Positions 24,900 to 38,445 of a stretch of DNA of 64,000 nucleotides are shown in pieces. The stretch spans positions 103,416,001-103,480,000 of the forward strand of contig NC_042999.1 of NCBI RefSeq assembly GCF_006345805.1, given 5' to 3'. The number at the start of each line of letters is the position of its first letter. Position 1 is the stretch's first letter. The stretch comes from Octopus sinensis. Lineage: Eukaryota. Below the pieces are notes generated by a model. The model saw only the letters and a list, made by a program, of their open reading frames with translations. It was not told where the DNA came from and made no database searches. The translations under genes were made by a program, and so were the position numbers.

Positions 24900-27056
24900 G
24901 CCTCTTCTCTCCATAGAAACATAAGTGTATCCATATGTATATAAAAAAAAATATCGTGTATGCGCGCGCGAAAGAGAGTTTATGTGTGTAGCAATATAAT
25001 CGTTTTTATTCAGATAGTCGGATGACATGAGGGCAGACTGAAACTTTTTTATGGTTGATGGTTGAAGGAAACCGTAGACGAGAAAGGAGTTCTAGGAAAA
25101 GAATTTTTTGTTTGGCAAGATTGGGTATAATGTATGATATTTCATATATTGTATTAAGTGAGACTTAGTGAGGATGATAAATTATTTATGTGTGTGTTTT
25201 TTTTTGTATATTTAATATGATATATTGTGGCGGTTGTTGTTTAACTCCAGAGCAATGCTGATTGTGCAGATGTATGATGAAAGATGTTCCATCCGAATCC
25301 ACCCCTTTCTTTACGTATCTAAGATTACGTTAAAAATGTATATCCTTCCCTTGTTTGAAAATGGTGATTGTGAATCGAAGAATATAATTATTTCAGGTGT
25401 TTCAGGTATGAGTATGCATTCGGTATAAATAATACAAAACTATTATCCTCATATTTATACAAAAGTATTATCTTCATATTTGTACACATATTTAGTTTAA
25501 ATTGTATCATTAACTTAACCATATTGTTCTTCGGAGCTCACTTTGTAAGAGCTGCCTATTGAGATTTATATGTTGATTTAATGTTTCCAAATTTTCAAGC
25601 GTTAAAAGAACACAATCTGCAAACCAGCAGAAAATCTTCATCCAGGTGGATATTTGAGTCAAATATATCTCAAATCATATCTTACTCACTTAAAAATATG
25701 ACGGCTACATCAGAAAATGTTAGCTTTAGATATACAAAAACACGTTACAGTTGTAGTTAGAATTCATTTAATTTTAGGTTAGCTCGATCAGTGCTGAATC
25801 TGAGGCTAAGCAACAAAAATAAAGTTAGAAAGCTAACCACCAGAAGTGCCGCTTTCAAAGTTTTCCATCTATATGTATTCTTTTAATTATAAATGAAATA
25901 TATAGCCCCCAGTTAAATCAGTAGGTAGATTATCCTCTTTAAATTTATTACTGTTTCATTTCACAGCTTTGAATTCAGTTTTGAATTCAACAAGATATCA
26001 TTCGCCTTAGGTATTTTCTTTACTCTTCTTAAGAACAAAATGATAAGTCAAATTTGTGTCAAATATTTCAGGAATTCCTGCTAAGCTGAAAAATTTCTTG
26101 ATGTGTAAAAAGGAAGAAAAGCAGGGGGAATTTTACTGTTGCCTTGTTGAATTTTTAAATGAAATCTTTAAGAATTAAAATCTGAGAAGAATACAGGGAG
26201 GTCAAACGGAGAATATAAACATCATAAATAAAACAACAAATTTTATTTGAAGCTTCTTAAAGTAATGATCGTAGACGAATCAGCAACGGAAATTAGCCAG
26301 ACACTAGGAACTGGAAGTCTTTATTCTGGGGGAAATAACGAACTTCTGTTAGCATGTTTGATCAGTATTTAAAATCTACTCATCCGAGTATTTCTAAACT
26401 TTTTGTTTTTATCAGAAACAATTTGGTATCTAGACATGAAGATTTTCATCTTATTATTTCATCTATTTCCTACATATTGCCGTATATATTTGTTACATAC
26501 AGGAATTTTCAAAAATATACATTCCAACTATTGATAAGTCGCCATTTATGTGAATACATTATTGGCAGTGATATATTTCGTAAAGTTTTCTGTAATCTGT
26601 AGAGAAAACATACATGTATATAACCAGAGCAATTGTCTATAGAGAAATATGCTCCCTCGTGTTGGAAAGAGTATGCTAAAGGATTATGATTGTGTTTGAT
26701 TGCAGATACTATTCCGTATTCATAATTTGTCATTTCGAAAAATTACATAAAAAATTCAGTGACTGTTTTCAATCGTTGGAGCAGCCTTCGTTTTGCTGAT
26801 GAAAGGAACGCATAAACTACAAGCTCTGCGTAGTGATGGAGTGAAATAGAAGCTTCGAACTTGCGCGCGAGCACGCACGCGCGCGCGCACACACACACAC
26901 ATGCACACTTACACATAAACATATATATATACAAAGAGAGAGACAGACAGAGAAATGGAGCAAGTTAGATAAATCGATATATACATGTACACACACGCAC
27001 ACAAACACACACATATACATATACACATGCATACATATATACATACATACATATAT

Positions 27057-27088
<32 letters not shown>

Positions 27089-27715
27089 ATAAACCTTTAC
27101 ATAAATAAATAACGTGAAATACACGAAGGGACGAACAAAAAGACAAACGGGTCATTCAAAGCCTTCATTATATATGTATATGAGCAGTAGTTATAAGAAA
27201 ACAAGTGTCATTCATAGTAAATTCACCATTGAGTATCGGTTTTCAGTTTAAGTAGTAATCACTTAGCATGTTGTATATAAATCCAGTGATTCACAAAAAA
27301 ATATTTTTCGCATGGAAAAAGCATAAAGTCAAAAGTGTTGGGAATTGAATATAGATAAATTTTTCCATATGACTGCCATGCAAAATTATACGTACATAAC
27401 TATATCAAAATGTCTGCTTACCATTGAACAAATGCATGCAAATAAAGTAAACTACCCTATCAGACCATCGTTAGATACAACTATGATGATTAGATGATCT
27501 TTATTAGTTAACTTACTTTATTTGCATCTATTTGTGAACAATTGATTGTATTGTGTAATGCTGAGCACAAATATTAAGGTAAACACATGCATATAGCTTT
27601 TCACACCGAAATTAATAATACTACATGATGAAGGATACGAAATGCTTGTAACAGCGTAGAAATCATGTGGAAAAAATCCATATTATTCTCTCACATTTGA
27701 TTTTAAGCTTCACTG

Positions 27716-27751
<36 letters not shown>

Positions 27752-28534
27752 ATATGTGTGGGTGTACGTGTGTGTGTGTATGTGAGTGTCTGCGTGTATG
27801 TATACATATGTGTGTGTATATATTTATGTGTGTGTATGTATGTATATATATTTATATAAGAGAGTTTGTATGTGTGTGAGTGTGTGCATGTGTCCGTGCG
27901 CGTATGTTCCTTATGCATTCGAAAACTAAGTTCAGTAATTTTTCGGTTACCTAATAAATTTTCTTTTCTTTTACATATTTACTATTTTATCTCACCAACC
28001 AGCTTTAGTTATTTGAAAAACACAGCTCTACAACGACCAGATTTTATTAGAAAGTGAAAATAGTCTCATATTTTACTCTCGAGACTGCTCTAATCTCGTC
28101 GACCCTAAGAAAATCTAAGCTAAGAGCACTAGATTCTTTGGACGAAAGCAAGCGAATGTATACGAAAATAAGGACAAAAAAAACCCGGGGAAATGGTACA
28201 CAATTACAAATACAAACAACAGCACAGAGGTAGGGGTAGAGGGATTGATGAATTAGGGATGAACGAGAAAGAGAGAAAAAGGAAAGGGACTATGAAGTAA
28301 AGGAGGAGGGAAGGCCAAGAAATGTGACACATAAATATGAAGTACAGTTGTTCGATCTACTGAGCTACCAAGCCCATTTCCTTAGCATGTATGTGCTTGA
28401 GTATTCTACAAACATGTTATCTTTAGCATACATCGCATGCGCGAAACATTGTGGGCTTTCGAATGACTGAACCACCGGGATCGAAACCGAGACTTCTTGA
28501 TTGATAATCATTCGGCCATGTTGCGTACATATAC

Positions 28535-28565
<31 letters not shown>

Positions 28566-30684
28566 TGTATGTATGTATGTATGTGCATATGTATGTATGT
28601 ATGAGTGTGTGTGTGTGTGTGTGTGAATATATGTATGTATAACTACATCAATTAATGCAAACGAAGTTGCAGGTATTACGTCAATGTTATCCTTCTCCTA
28701 GGGAATTGCGTAAATAAATATTAGGAGTCTCTCACTCATAGCTATTGGATAGTCTTCGTTCTGCCGAATTCAGCCACTTTTTTTAAATCTTTAATCTGAG
28801 TTATTTACTATGTTTGGCCGTAGCCGTAAACGGCAAAATACTCAATAAATAGTTCCATGACGGTGGGAAAGCATGTGTTAGCGTGTATTGTGAGGACTCT
28901 GAATATCTGTTGCCAGAGGCATCCATGGTTACCATATCTGTACAAATGAGTGTAGGCCCCTCACAGGACTAAAATTCACTTCCGTCCTCCTCAAGTTTAA
29001 TAGAACAGTCAAGTGATGCAATGGCCGGAAATCGAATTGCAGTTATCGTCGTGTATGTATGTATGTACGTGTGCATGTGTGCGTGTGTATGTATGTGTGT
29101 ATGTATGTGTATGCATGTGCATGTATGTATGCCTGTATGTGTGTATGTAAGCATGTATGTATGTATTATGTATGTATGCATGTTTGTGTGTATGTATGTG
29201 AGTGTGCATATATGTATGTATATGTATGTGTGTGTGTGGTGTGTATGTATGTATGTATGTATGTATGTATGCACACATGAATTTCGATAATCTTGGCTTG
29301 ATGCTATTGCGTGATACCTTATGCGAATGTCTTTTACTGTAAGCTCGGATCAACTGTGAACAAATCTATGTGGAAAAGAATAGGATATATTACATTAACG
29401 ATACATGTGTTTGTGTAATACTTTGCCACTTGCTGCGCTAATTTTTTGAGCAGGTTCTACAGCTGATCGAGCAGCACAAAATTGATGGATATGCGTTCTG
29501 CTCGGAACCAATTTACACACACTCACGCGAAGACACGTACGCACACAGCACACTCAAGTTTATATGAATGTAAATATAAATGTATGTATGCATTATGTAT
29601 GAGATATATACATACGTCGAGCTTCCGCACAGTTTCCAACTGTGAAATTCCAGTCATAAGTATTTGTTAAATCGAAGCAAAAGTGTGACGCACGTAGCCA
29701 GTGATGCGCAGAGCGATCTGACTCTAAACATCTTTGCGGGAAGCAAACCTTTTAATTGTATGGTTATATCTTGGAGTTTTTCTCATACAACCCACGTCAT
29801 ACAACCCACGCAATCCACACTCTTATTCTATTGTTTCCTTTCTCACATACATACACACGCTATGTGTGTATCTCTATCTCAGTCTGTCTGTCTGTCTCTC
29901 GCTCTCCCTCTCTCGCTCTCCCTCTCTCTCTCTCTTTCTCCCTCTTTGCACTCTCTGCATAACCAAGATTATACGTAGCTCATCCAGCTATATACTAAAT
30001 AAGCTTACAAACAAACTCAGTATAATAGAATAATTGTTTTCCACAAAAGTGTCAACATTATCTAAATTTAATATTCTAGTTTTGAATAACACAAAAAATA
30101 TCAGCTTTTTAAATTTTAAAAGATCACATTTTTCTAAATATTAGAATATTTTCTCTTCTATTCATATTGTAGTCGACCTATTTCTTCTTCGTCTTTTTCT
30201 AATGCTTTTATTCAGATCTATATTCACAATTTTATGAGCCTCTTTCTTTCCTTCACTTTTTATCATCTCCGATTTAACTTCCGGTAAGGATTCATATTAA
30301 CAAAAATGGATTTCTGATTCACTTCCGCAAAACTGAAGAGGCGGAAGAAGTAAAATGAAAAACAATCTTTCTTACATTCTCTCACATTCTTTCTTTTGAT
30401 ATTTATCTATTTCTCTTTACAAGCTCACACACATAAGTATATATCAAGGAAGACATTAGCAAGCAATAATGAAAGATCCCATGAGGTAAAAAGTTATTTC
30501 TAGTCGATCTCGATCGCTTGTATGAGTATGATTTTTTTTTAATTACCAAGCATTTTAAAAACAAATTTAAGATCTTACACGTCGGAAGTTATATTAATCA
30601 TGATATGAAAACGAAAATGATTAGGGCTGCACACCGATCAATGCACATAGAATACAAAAAAAAAAAAGAAACAGCCCCCAAAAA

Positions 30685-31020
30685 ACCGATAGAATAAGTA
30701 CTAGGCTTACAAAGTATAAGTGCTGGGGTCGATTTATTCGGCAAAAAGGTGGTGCTGCAGCATGGTCGCAGTCAAATGACTGAAACAAGTAACAGAGTAA
30801 ATATATATGCATATGTATATATATATATAAACACATACATATATATACATAAATATATATACATAATATATAATATATATAATATTTATAATACATATAG
30901 TATATAATAAAGTAGTGCGTGAGTATATATGTAAATAGGTAAGAAGCTTGTTTCTCGACCACCTGGTTCCGGGTTCAGTCCCACTACGTGGCACTTTGGG
31001 CAAGTGTCTTCTACAATACT
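30685..31020 (+). mobile_element. Two SINE family A fragments (3' half 30685-30800; 5' head 30935-31020)
   Basis: Homology to 16775-17170. Confidence 0.7.
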
Positions 31021-31024
31021 CTCG

Positions 31025-31350
31025 TGTGTTGAAAGGAATTCTTAGAGGTTTGGATAATTCACATTTGGAAACATGGGTGGTTCGTTCACCATCCTTTAAT
31101 AATCCTTATTCAGGGACCTTATGAGCAGGATGGGCTACTCGACCAGAAAAAATCCTAACTGGGCTCTACCTACAAAGTCATGCGCTGTTTATCTTGATAT
31201 GAGATCACCATGTCGCGCACATATGGTTGTGATGCATGTGCCTGGTGTACCCTTATCAGTCGGGTAGTCATGATGGGTATACTGGGCTTCGTATATTTTA
31301 CCTCAGTGTCACTTTGATGGCATGCACTGCTCTCTCACTCAATAATAATA
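31025..31350 (+). mobile_element. Family D element ending in (TAA)n
   Basis: The 3' ~150 bp (GAGATCACCATGTCGCGCACATATGG...CTCTCTCACTC-AATAATAAT) is repeated at 32308-32462. Confidence 0.65.
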
Positions 31351-31369
31351 ATAATGATTCTTTCTACTA

Positions 31370-32225
31370 TAAGGCCAGAAATATTTGTGGGGAGGGGATT
31401 ACTCAACTGGTACTTCTTTTATCAACTCCAAAAGGATGAAAAGCAAAGCCGATCTCGGCAGAAGTTGAACTCAGAACGGGCAGACAGACGACATAACTAT
31501 TTCTTTACTACCCACAAGGGTCTAAACACAGAGGAGACAAACAAGGACAGACAGACGGATTAAGTCGACTATATCGACCCCAGTGCGTAACTGGTACTTA
31601 TTTAATCGACCCTGAAAGGATGAAAGGCAAAGTCGACCTCGGCGGAATTTGAACTCAGAACATAACGACAGATGACACACCGCTAAGCATTTTTCCCGGC
31701 GCGCTTACGATTCTGTCAGCTCGTCGTTTAATGATAATAATAATCCTTTCTAATTAAAGCACAAGGCCTGAAATTTTGAGGGGAGGGGACTAGTCGATTA
31801 TATCGAACCCATTACTTAACTTGCACGTAATTTATCGACCTCGAAATGATGAAAGGCAAAGTGGAATTTGAACTGAGAATATAAAACGGACAAAATGCCA
31901 CTAAGCATTTTAACACAAGGCCAGCAATTTAGGGGAGGGTACTAGTCGATTACATCGCCCCCAGTGCCCAGTTGGTGCTTAATTTATCGTTCCCGAAAGG
32001 ATAAAAGGTAAAGTCGGCTTCGACCCCCAAGAACTGCCAACTCACCGACTTATAATGGTTTCAAATATTGTCACAAGGGCAACAGTCTTGAGGGAGGTGA
32101 TGAGTAGTTTACATCGATCCTGAAAGAATGAAAGGCAAAGTCCCCCTCGGCGGAATTTGAACTCAGAACACAACGACAGACGAAATGCCGCTCAGCATTT
32201 TTCCCGGCGTGCTAACGATTCTCTC
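31370..32225 (-). mobile_element. Cluster of 3-4 SINE family B copies
   Basis: Repeated GAAAGGATGAAAGGCAAAGTCGAC..GGAATTTGAACTCAGAAC segments. Confidence 0.75.
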
Positions 32226-32249
32226 ACCTCAATGATAATAATGTTGATT

Positions 32250-32291
<42 letters not shown>

Positions 32292-32307
32292 GTAATAATA
32301 ATAATAG

Positions 32308-32462
32308 AGATTACCATGTCGCGCACATATGGTTGTGATGTATGTGCCTAGTGTTCTCTTATCAGACGAGTTGTCATGACAGGTGTATTGGGCTTCGTAT
32401 ATTTGAATCCCAGTGTCACTTGATGGCATGCACTGCTCTCTCACTCAATAATAATAATAATA
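32308..32462 (+). mobile_element. Family D element, 5'-truncated, flanked on both sides by (TAA)n
   Basis: TAA repeats at ~32250-32306 and 32447-32462; homologous to 31200-31350. Confidence 0.7.
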
Positions 32463-33558
32463 TGTTTGTGTGTGCATGTGTGTGCGTTTTTGTTTTTTTA
32501 GACTCTCCCCACCGCTTGAAAATCGGTGCTGAGGGTTTACGTCCCCGTAAATTAGTGGTTTGGCAAAAAGCGACAGAATACGTACTAGGCCAAAAACAAA
32601 AATGATTGCGGTCAATTTGTTTGACTAAATGTATCAATGCGGTACTCAAACAGCGCTACAATCCAATGCCGGAAACAAGTAAAAGGTGTCGGATGAAAAA
32701 TATCGCTATTTGTAACGTAATCAAACTGTGTCAGAACTAAATTGTTTTATCTCATTTTCGTAAGTGTGCAAGCGCTAAGAACATGGATTAATTTACTACA
32801 CAGCATTTTTGGCCAATTCCACAATGAGGATATATTTATTTATTATCTACAGAGCGACCTTGACCGAATATCATCAACGGAATATAAAATACTTGGATCT
32901 AGTGTAGTTTTAATCAGATATATCAACTATGGAGTGACCGTGATACAATATATGGAACTAGTTCAAAAATATATTGAGCTAAGATTAATCAGATACAGGC
33001 AAACACGAAAAGAACTGCCAAAACAATATGAAGCATGAGTAAAACAAAAATGAAAAACGACTAAAGAAAAATAATCTGCGAAAAAGTTGATAAATTAAAC
33101 CAAATAACATGCAATACAAATATTAAGGAATAGAAATGGTGCAGAAAATTAGCAAACAGTCGGTTGTGTCCAAACATGAGGAAATTATACTTATTGACAC
33201 CTTCTAGTGAAATATATGTATGTATGCTTACTTTCTGTGAGTGTGTCTGTATATGTGTGCCAATATATTTGTGTGTATGAGTGTGTGCTTGTGTGTGTGT
33301 GTGTGTGCACGAGCGAGCGTGTGTCTGTTTCAATAATTGGGGGCAATGCCAAATGGAACGTATTGGGAATAAGCTTGAAGTTAATAATACTTAATAATAC
33401 GATATGCTAGCGACTTAAAACAAACTATAGACACATAGGATATATACATACGTACATACAAAAATGTATATATGTATGCATGCATATAGAGTTAAAACCA
33501 AATATATAAGAGTTACACTATACATATGCAGGTGTGTGTGTGTGTACACATGTTTGTA

Positions 33559-33622
<64 letters not shown>

Positions 33623-34022
33623 TCTGTGTACTTATATATACATATATATATGAGTACTTATCTATATATAGAAGTATATATATAAATATATATGTGTGTG
33701 TGTGTGTGGAGAGAGAGAGAGAAAGAGAATGAAGTGATATCTGAAAATGATATTTTCTTATTTTCTTATATATTCTTTATGTACTTTAAACACAATCTGA
33801 GGTTGATAGATCTGCAGAAGAATGTGACGATTCGGTGTAATGGAATTAAGAATCAACTGATCCACGATATTCCAAACAAGAGCACATTTGGCAGAAGTTC
33901 AATATTAATTCTATGCATAAAATGCTGGGTTTTTTTTACCCTATATTGGCTTCTGTCACTCCACCTTTCTCTTTCTCATTGTCTTTCTCTCTCTCTATCC
34001 TCACTCTCCTTTTCTGTCTCTC

Positions 34023-34068
<46 letters not shown>

Positions 34069-34806
34069 ATGCTCTCTTCTGGATTGCCAAATCTTAAAAT
34101 ACTTCACTTCAAGAAGAAAAATTGAAAAAATGTTATACGGCTGCCAAATTATTTTAGAGAAAATCTGTTATATGAACGTAACCATACATTTGTGTGTATG
34201 CGCGTGTGTGTGTGTGTTTGTGCATGCGCGAATGCATATAAAATATATACATACATCCTTTATCTTTTATCTGTTACTTATTTCAGTCGTCAGACTGTGG
34301 TCATGCTGGAGCACCGTCTTGAAGAGTTTTAATCGAATGAATCGATCCCAGTACTTTTATTTTAAGTCTAGTTCTTATTCTATCGATACTTTTTGCCGAA
34401 ACGTTAAGATACGGGAATGTAAACACACCAACACCGGTTGTCAAGCAGTGGTGAAAGACAAACACTGACACAAACACACACGCGCACATACACACACTCA
34501 CATACACAGATACATACACACACACACACATAATGTCAGGTCGCTCTTGAGTACTACTGGTACCATGTAGTCCACTACAACGTGTTCCATGGTCGGGTCG
34601 TCGGCGACTAAACTAACTGGCAACCCCACCAGGCCCCACACGATGTAGGTAAAGAAATTTGAGAAATTTGAAAAGAATATATGAAACCGGTTATTTCTCC
34701 GAAAACTTTTTTACTATACACAAAATGTTCTAACATTTTTCTAACATAATGACTTAAATATATTCTTTAACCTTATAACACAAGCCTTCTGTAGTTTTTT
34801 TCACTC

Positions 34807-34890
<84 letters not shown>

Positions 34891-34904
34891 ACATATAAAC
34901 ATAA

Positions 34905-35250
34905 CGGGCTTCTTTCAGTTTCTGTCTACCAAATATATTCACAAGACTTTTGGTCGGCCTGAGGCTATAACAGAAGACAATATGGCGGCGAGCTGGCAGA
35001 AACGTTAGCACGCCGGGCGAAATGCGTAGCCGTAATTCGTCTGTCGTTACGTTCCGAGTTCAAATTCCGCCGAGGTCGACTTTGCCTTTCATCCTTTCGG
35101 GGTCGATAAATTAAGTACCAGTTACGCACTGGGGTCGATGTAATCGACTTAATCCCTTTGTTTGTCCTTGTTTGTTCCCTCTGTGTTTAGCCCCTTGTGG
35201 GTTGTAAAGAAATATATAACAGAAGACACTTGCCCAAGTTGCCGCACTGG
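34905..35250 (-). mobile_element. SINE family A 5' half interrupted by a family B insertion
   Basis: Family A sequence resumes after 35228 (CTTGCCCAAG). Confidence 0.75.
34980..35214 (+). mobile_element. Intact SINE family B with 14-bp target-site duplication
   Basis: TSD TATAACAGAAGACA at 34966-34979 and 35215-35228. Confidence 0.9.
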
Positions 35251-37084
35251 GGATATATGAGGTGTAGTATTAGTCAGGTTATCATGGTAAAAATCAGTTA
35301 GTTATTCTCTAGCATAAACACGGCTTTTATAGAAAATACAGATGACTCGATTCGCCCCATATCAACACTAGATACCGAATACCGATAAGCACATAGATAT
35401 TATATAATCTCTTTTCGAAAGCAACAAATATTCCTTATTGTTCGAGAATCAAATTTGTCAGTAAAGGGAAGGATGAGGTAGTCGAATTCGACATCTGTTT
35501 CAAAAGCTGTATCTTTTATAACAATACGAATGTCTTGTAGCCACCAGGTTTTCTCTTTCATCGTGTACATATGACTGTTTAGTTGAAAATACTCTACTGT
35601 AATAGAAAATACAGAAGAAAGCCTGGCTTGCAGAAATAATCCAACAAGTGGGAATGGAGATTGGTATCAGTAATGTACCATTTGCGTTCCCTATTCACCG
35701 ATTACCTCAACGAGATAAATAGGAGTGTGGTTTCATTTCATTACCTGCATATTCAAATTACTTACTAGATGCAGTTGATTATAATCTCATTAATACATAC
35801 GTGGCGTCAATAACGGGCAGCCAGCAAGCCAAGAGCTGAGATGATTATAACTAAGGATAGATGAATATTGGTAAAAACTGCTCATATGGTTTAAAAAGAA
35901 AGAGGAAAGAAGAATATACAAAAAGAAAAACGTGTTGACAGTAATGTATTACTTGTATGAATATACACATGGTAACATTCTTCCATAACAGACACATACA
36001 CACACGTGAAACTATGCAGACGTACGCATACGAAGCTTATTAGTATATACATATAACTATATAAGCATATGTAATCAAATATACATGCACATATACATAC
36101 ATATACATGCATATATAGATATAGATATATCAATATATCTATACATACGTACGTCTATATATGTAGCTACTACATACTCGTTCAACAAACGCATATACTA
36201 AAAAATAAAAGAAAATACAGGTACAGGCACATACACACTTAGACGTTAATCTTTACAAAACAACTACCATCCTACAATATTAAAATAAAGGAATAATAAC
36301 AAGTATATATCTAACCATATATATATATATATATATACATGCACACGTTCGCTGGAATCTAATTAAATATGATGGCAGAAATAAGAAACCATGTGACAAA
36401 AATCTAAAATGCGGCAGGTGAACAAAGTTACGTATATAGTTGTAGATGCATAAATCCACACGCACAAAAAAGCACACACGCACATGCACGTACGTTTAAG
36501 GTTGCTAGACATATAGGAAACGATACGACAATATATAGGTTGTAAGAGGTAGGATATAATATCATAGGCGAATGGGAAAGTGATCGAAGTAATAAGTTAG
36601 CCGTTGGGAGAGAAAGGTGTGGAAAGTATATTAATCTCATCAAGTTCCCCACATCCCCAATTAGTGGTAACATAGAGGCGTAATTCAGAATCCAGAATTT
36701 TGTATAATGGTTAATAATATTAGATGAAATCACCACCAGGGAGCACCATAATTGCGCTAAATAATGTTAAACACAAGGCAGAAACGTTAGCCTTTCCTCC
36801 TTTCGGGGTCTATAATTTAACTACCAGTTGCATCCTGAGGTCGATCTAATCGTCTGGCCCCGCTCTCCAAAAATTTCGGGCCTTGTGCCTAGAGTAGAAA
36901 AGAAATAATTTTAAACAGTTGAAGTACGGACCTAGAGGCGGGGCAAGGCGAGATATCTTACGAAATTATTAAGAACCACAAATAAGCTGGGGATGACAAG
37001 TATTGTTTAATAGGAATCAGGGTTTGTAGCGAAGGAGGATGTGTAATCCAGTGTATACGTTTTTTTTTTTATTTTTATCCTTTG

Positions 37085-37510
37085 CTCGTTTCAGTCACCA
37101 GACTGCGACCTAGCTGAGGTACCACTTTAAAGACATCTAGTGGACGTAATCGACTCCAGTCCTTATTTGCTTTTTAAGCCTGGTACTTTTTCTATCGGAC
37201 TCTTTTGCCAAGCTGCTAGGCTACGGTGGAGTGGGGTAAACACACCAACATCGGTTGTCAAGAGGTGGTAAAGACAAACACGCATGCACACACACACTCA
37301 CACGCACACACATACACGCACACACATGCACACACATACATACACGCACGCACACACACGCACATATTTATATATATACACGATATGCTTCTTTTAGTTT
37401 CCGTCTACTAAATCCACTCACAAAGCATTGGTTTGCCCAAGGCTATAGCTGAAGACACTTGCCCAAGGTGCCACGCAGTGTAACTAAACCTAGCACCATG
37501 TGGTTGTGTG
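37085..37510 (-). mobile_element. SINE family A
   Basis: Reverse-complement homology to 16775-17170. Confidence 0.8.
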
Positions 37511-38279
37511 ATCGGGAGGCGAACTTCTTATCAAAGGTCCCCCATTTCCATATGAGTTATCTAGTGAGGGGAAGGGAATTTCTTTAACCAGAAATGAGGA
37601 GGGATTAACTAGTAATTTTAAATGTGAATTATGATTTGTAGCAGTTGAAGGTGATGTGTAATTTATATTTACATTCCATGTTTGTCAAATCTATCAAAAT
37701 TATCTCCTCACTGTACATGATCGTCATAATACCGACAATGCATGAGGAGTACCTGTTATTATAACCACTATAGAGTTTTACTTGTTAAACAATCGACCCT
37801 GTGATATCTTAGTCAACTAAACCCTTTTTTAATTTCTAAATTTTAGATAGATAAAGATGAACTAACAGCCTTAGTTTTGCACCTGAATATCATAATTACA
37901 CTGTGATTATGTTCTCTAAATTTGAAGTTGTTATATATACCACCTATGTAAACGTATCTAGTTTAAATTGTAGTAACTACACATTGGTGGATAATGTTTT
38001 CCATTTATCATTTGTTATCTGAGTTCACGTGGTGCGTTATCCGGGCTGTTATCTCCTTCACCAAATACACTCCTAGTTTATGTGGCAGGGAGGGATCGTA
38101 GGGTTACCGGAGCTGTGGTTAGTCGTAGTGTTGCTAGCATTCGGTCACTATGCGCAGGACTTTCGCAATTAGGCGCATTTTGTTGAATGGAATGCGAATC
38201 GGATTTGTTATTAATATTTGAGATTTCAGTTACCTCTTTGATTTGACAATCTATGTTAAAGCCGCAAAATAATTTCGGT

Positions 38280-38445
38280 AGTTCGATTCCACAATGAATT
38301 TCTCACCAAAGCCCTGTCTTGGCGATCAGAGGACAGGCATTGTCCACCAGGGACCTTCTTCACCGTCATGGATCCTGTCTCTTTGAAAGTTTTTTTTTTA
38401 TAATCCTGTACACAGTTCTTTCAGGTGCAATGCCTTTAGCAACAC
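38280..38445 (-). mobile_element. Tc1-like transposase N-terminal (HTH) remnant
   Basis: Frameshifted GIAPERTVYRII..FKETGSMTVKKVPGGQCLSSDRQDRALVR resembles the Tc1 pattern IAP.STIYRIIK.FKE.G...K..SGRP...S.RQDR. Confidence 0.55.

Noticed and set aside
26505-26555. EFSKIYIPTID resembling the Ras-family YIPTIED effector loop
   Set aside because: The match is very short, an in-frame stop follows immediately, and no other GTPase motifs are nearby.
30278-30350. Cluster of ETS-like (A/C)CTTCCG motifs and a CCG|GTAAGG donor-like site as a promoter/first exon
   Set aside because: Short motifs are expected by chance, and there is no CpG enrichment or linked coding exon.
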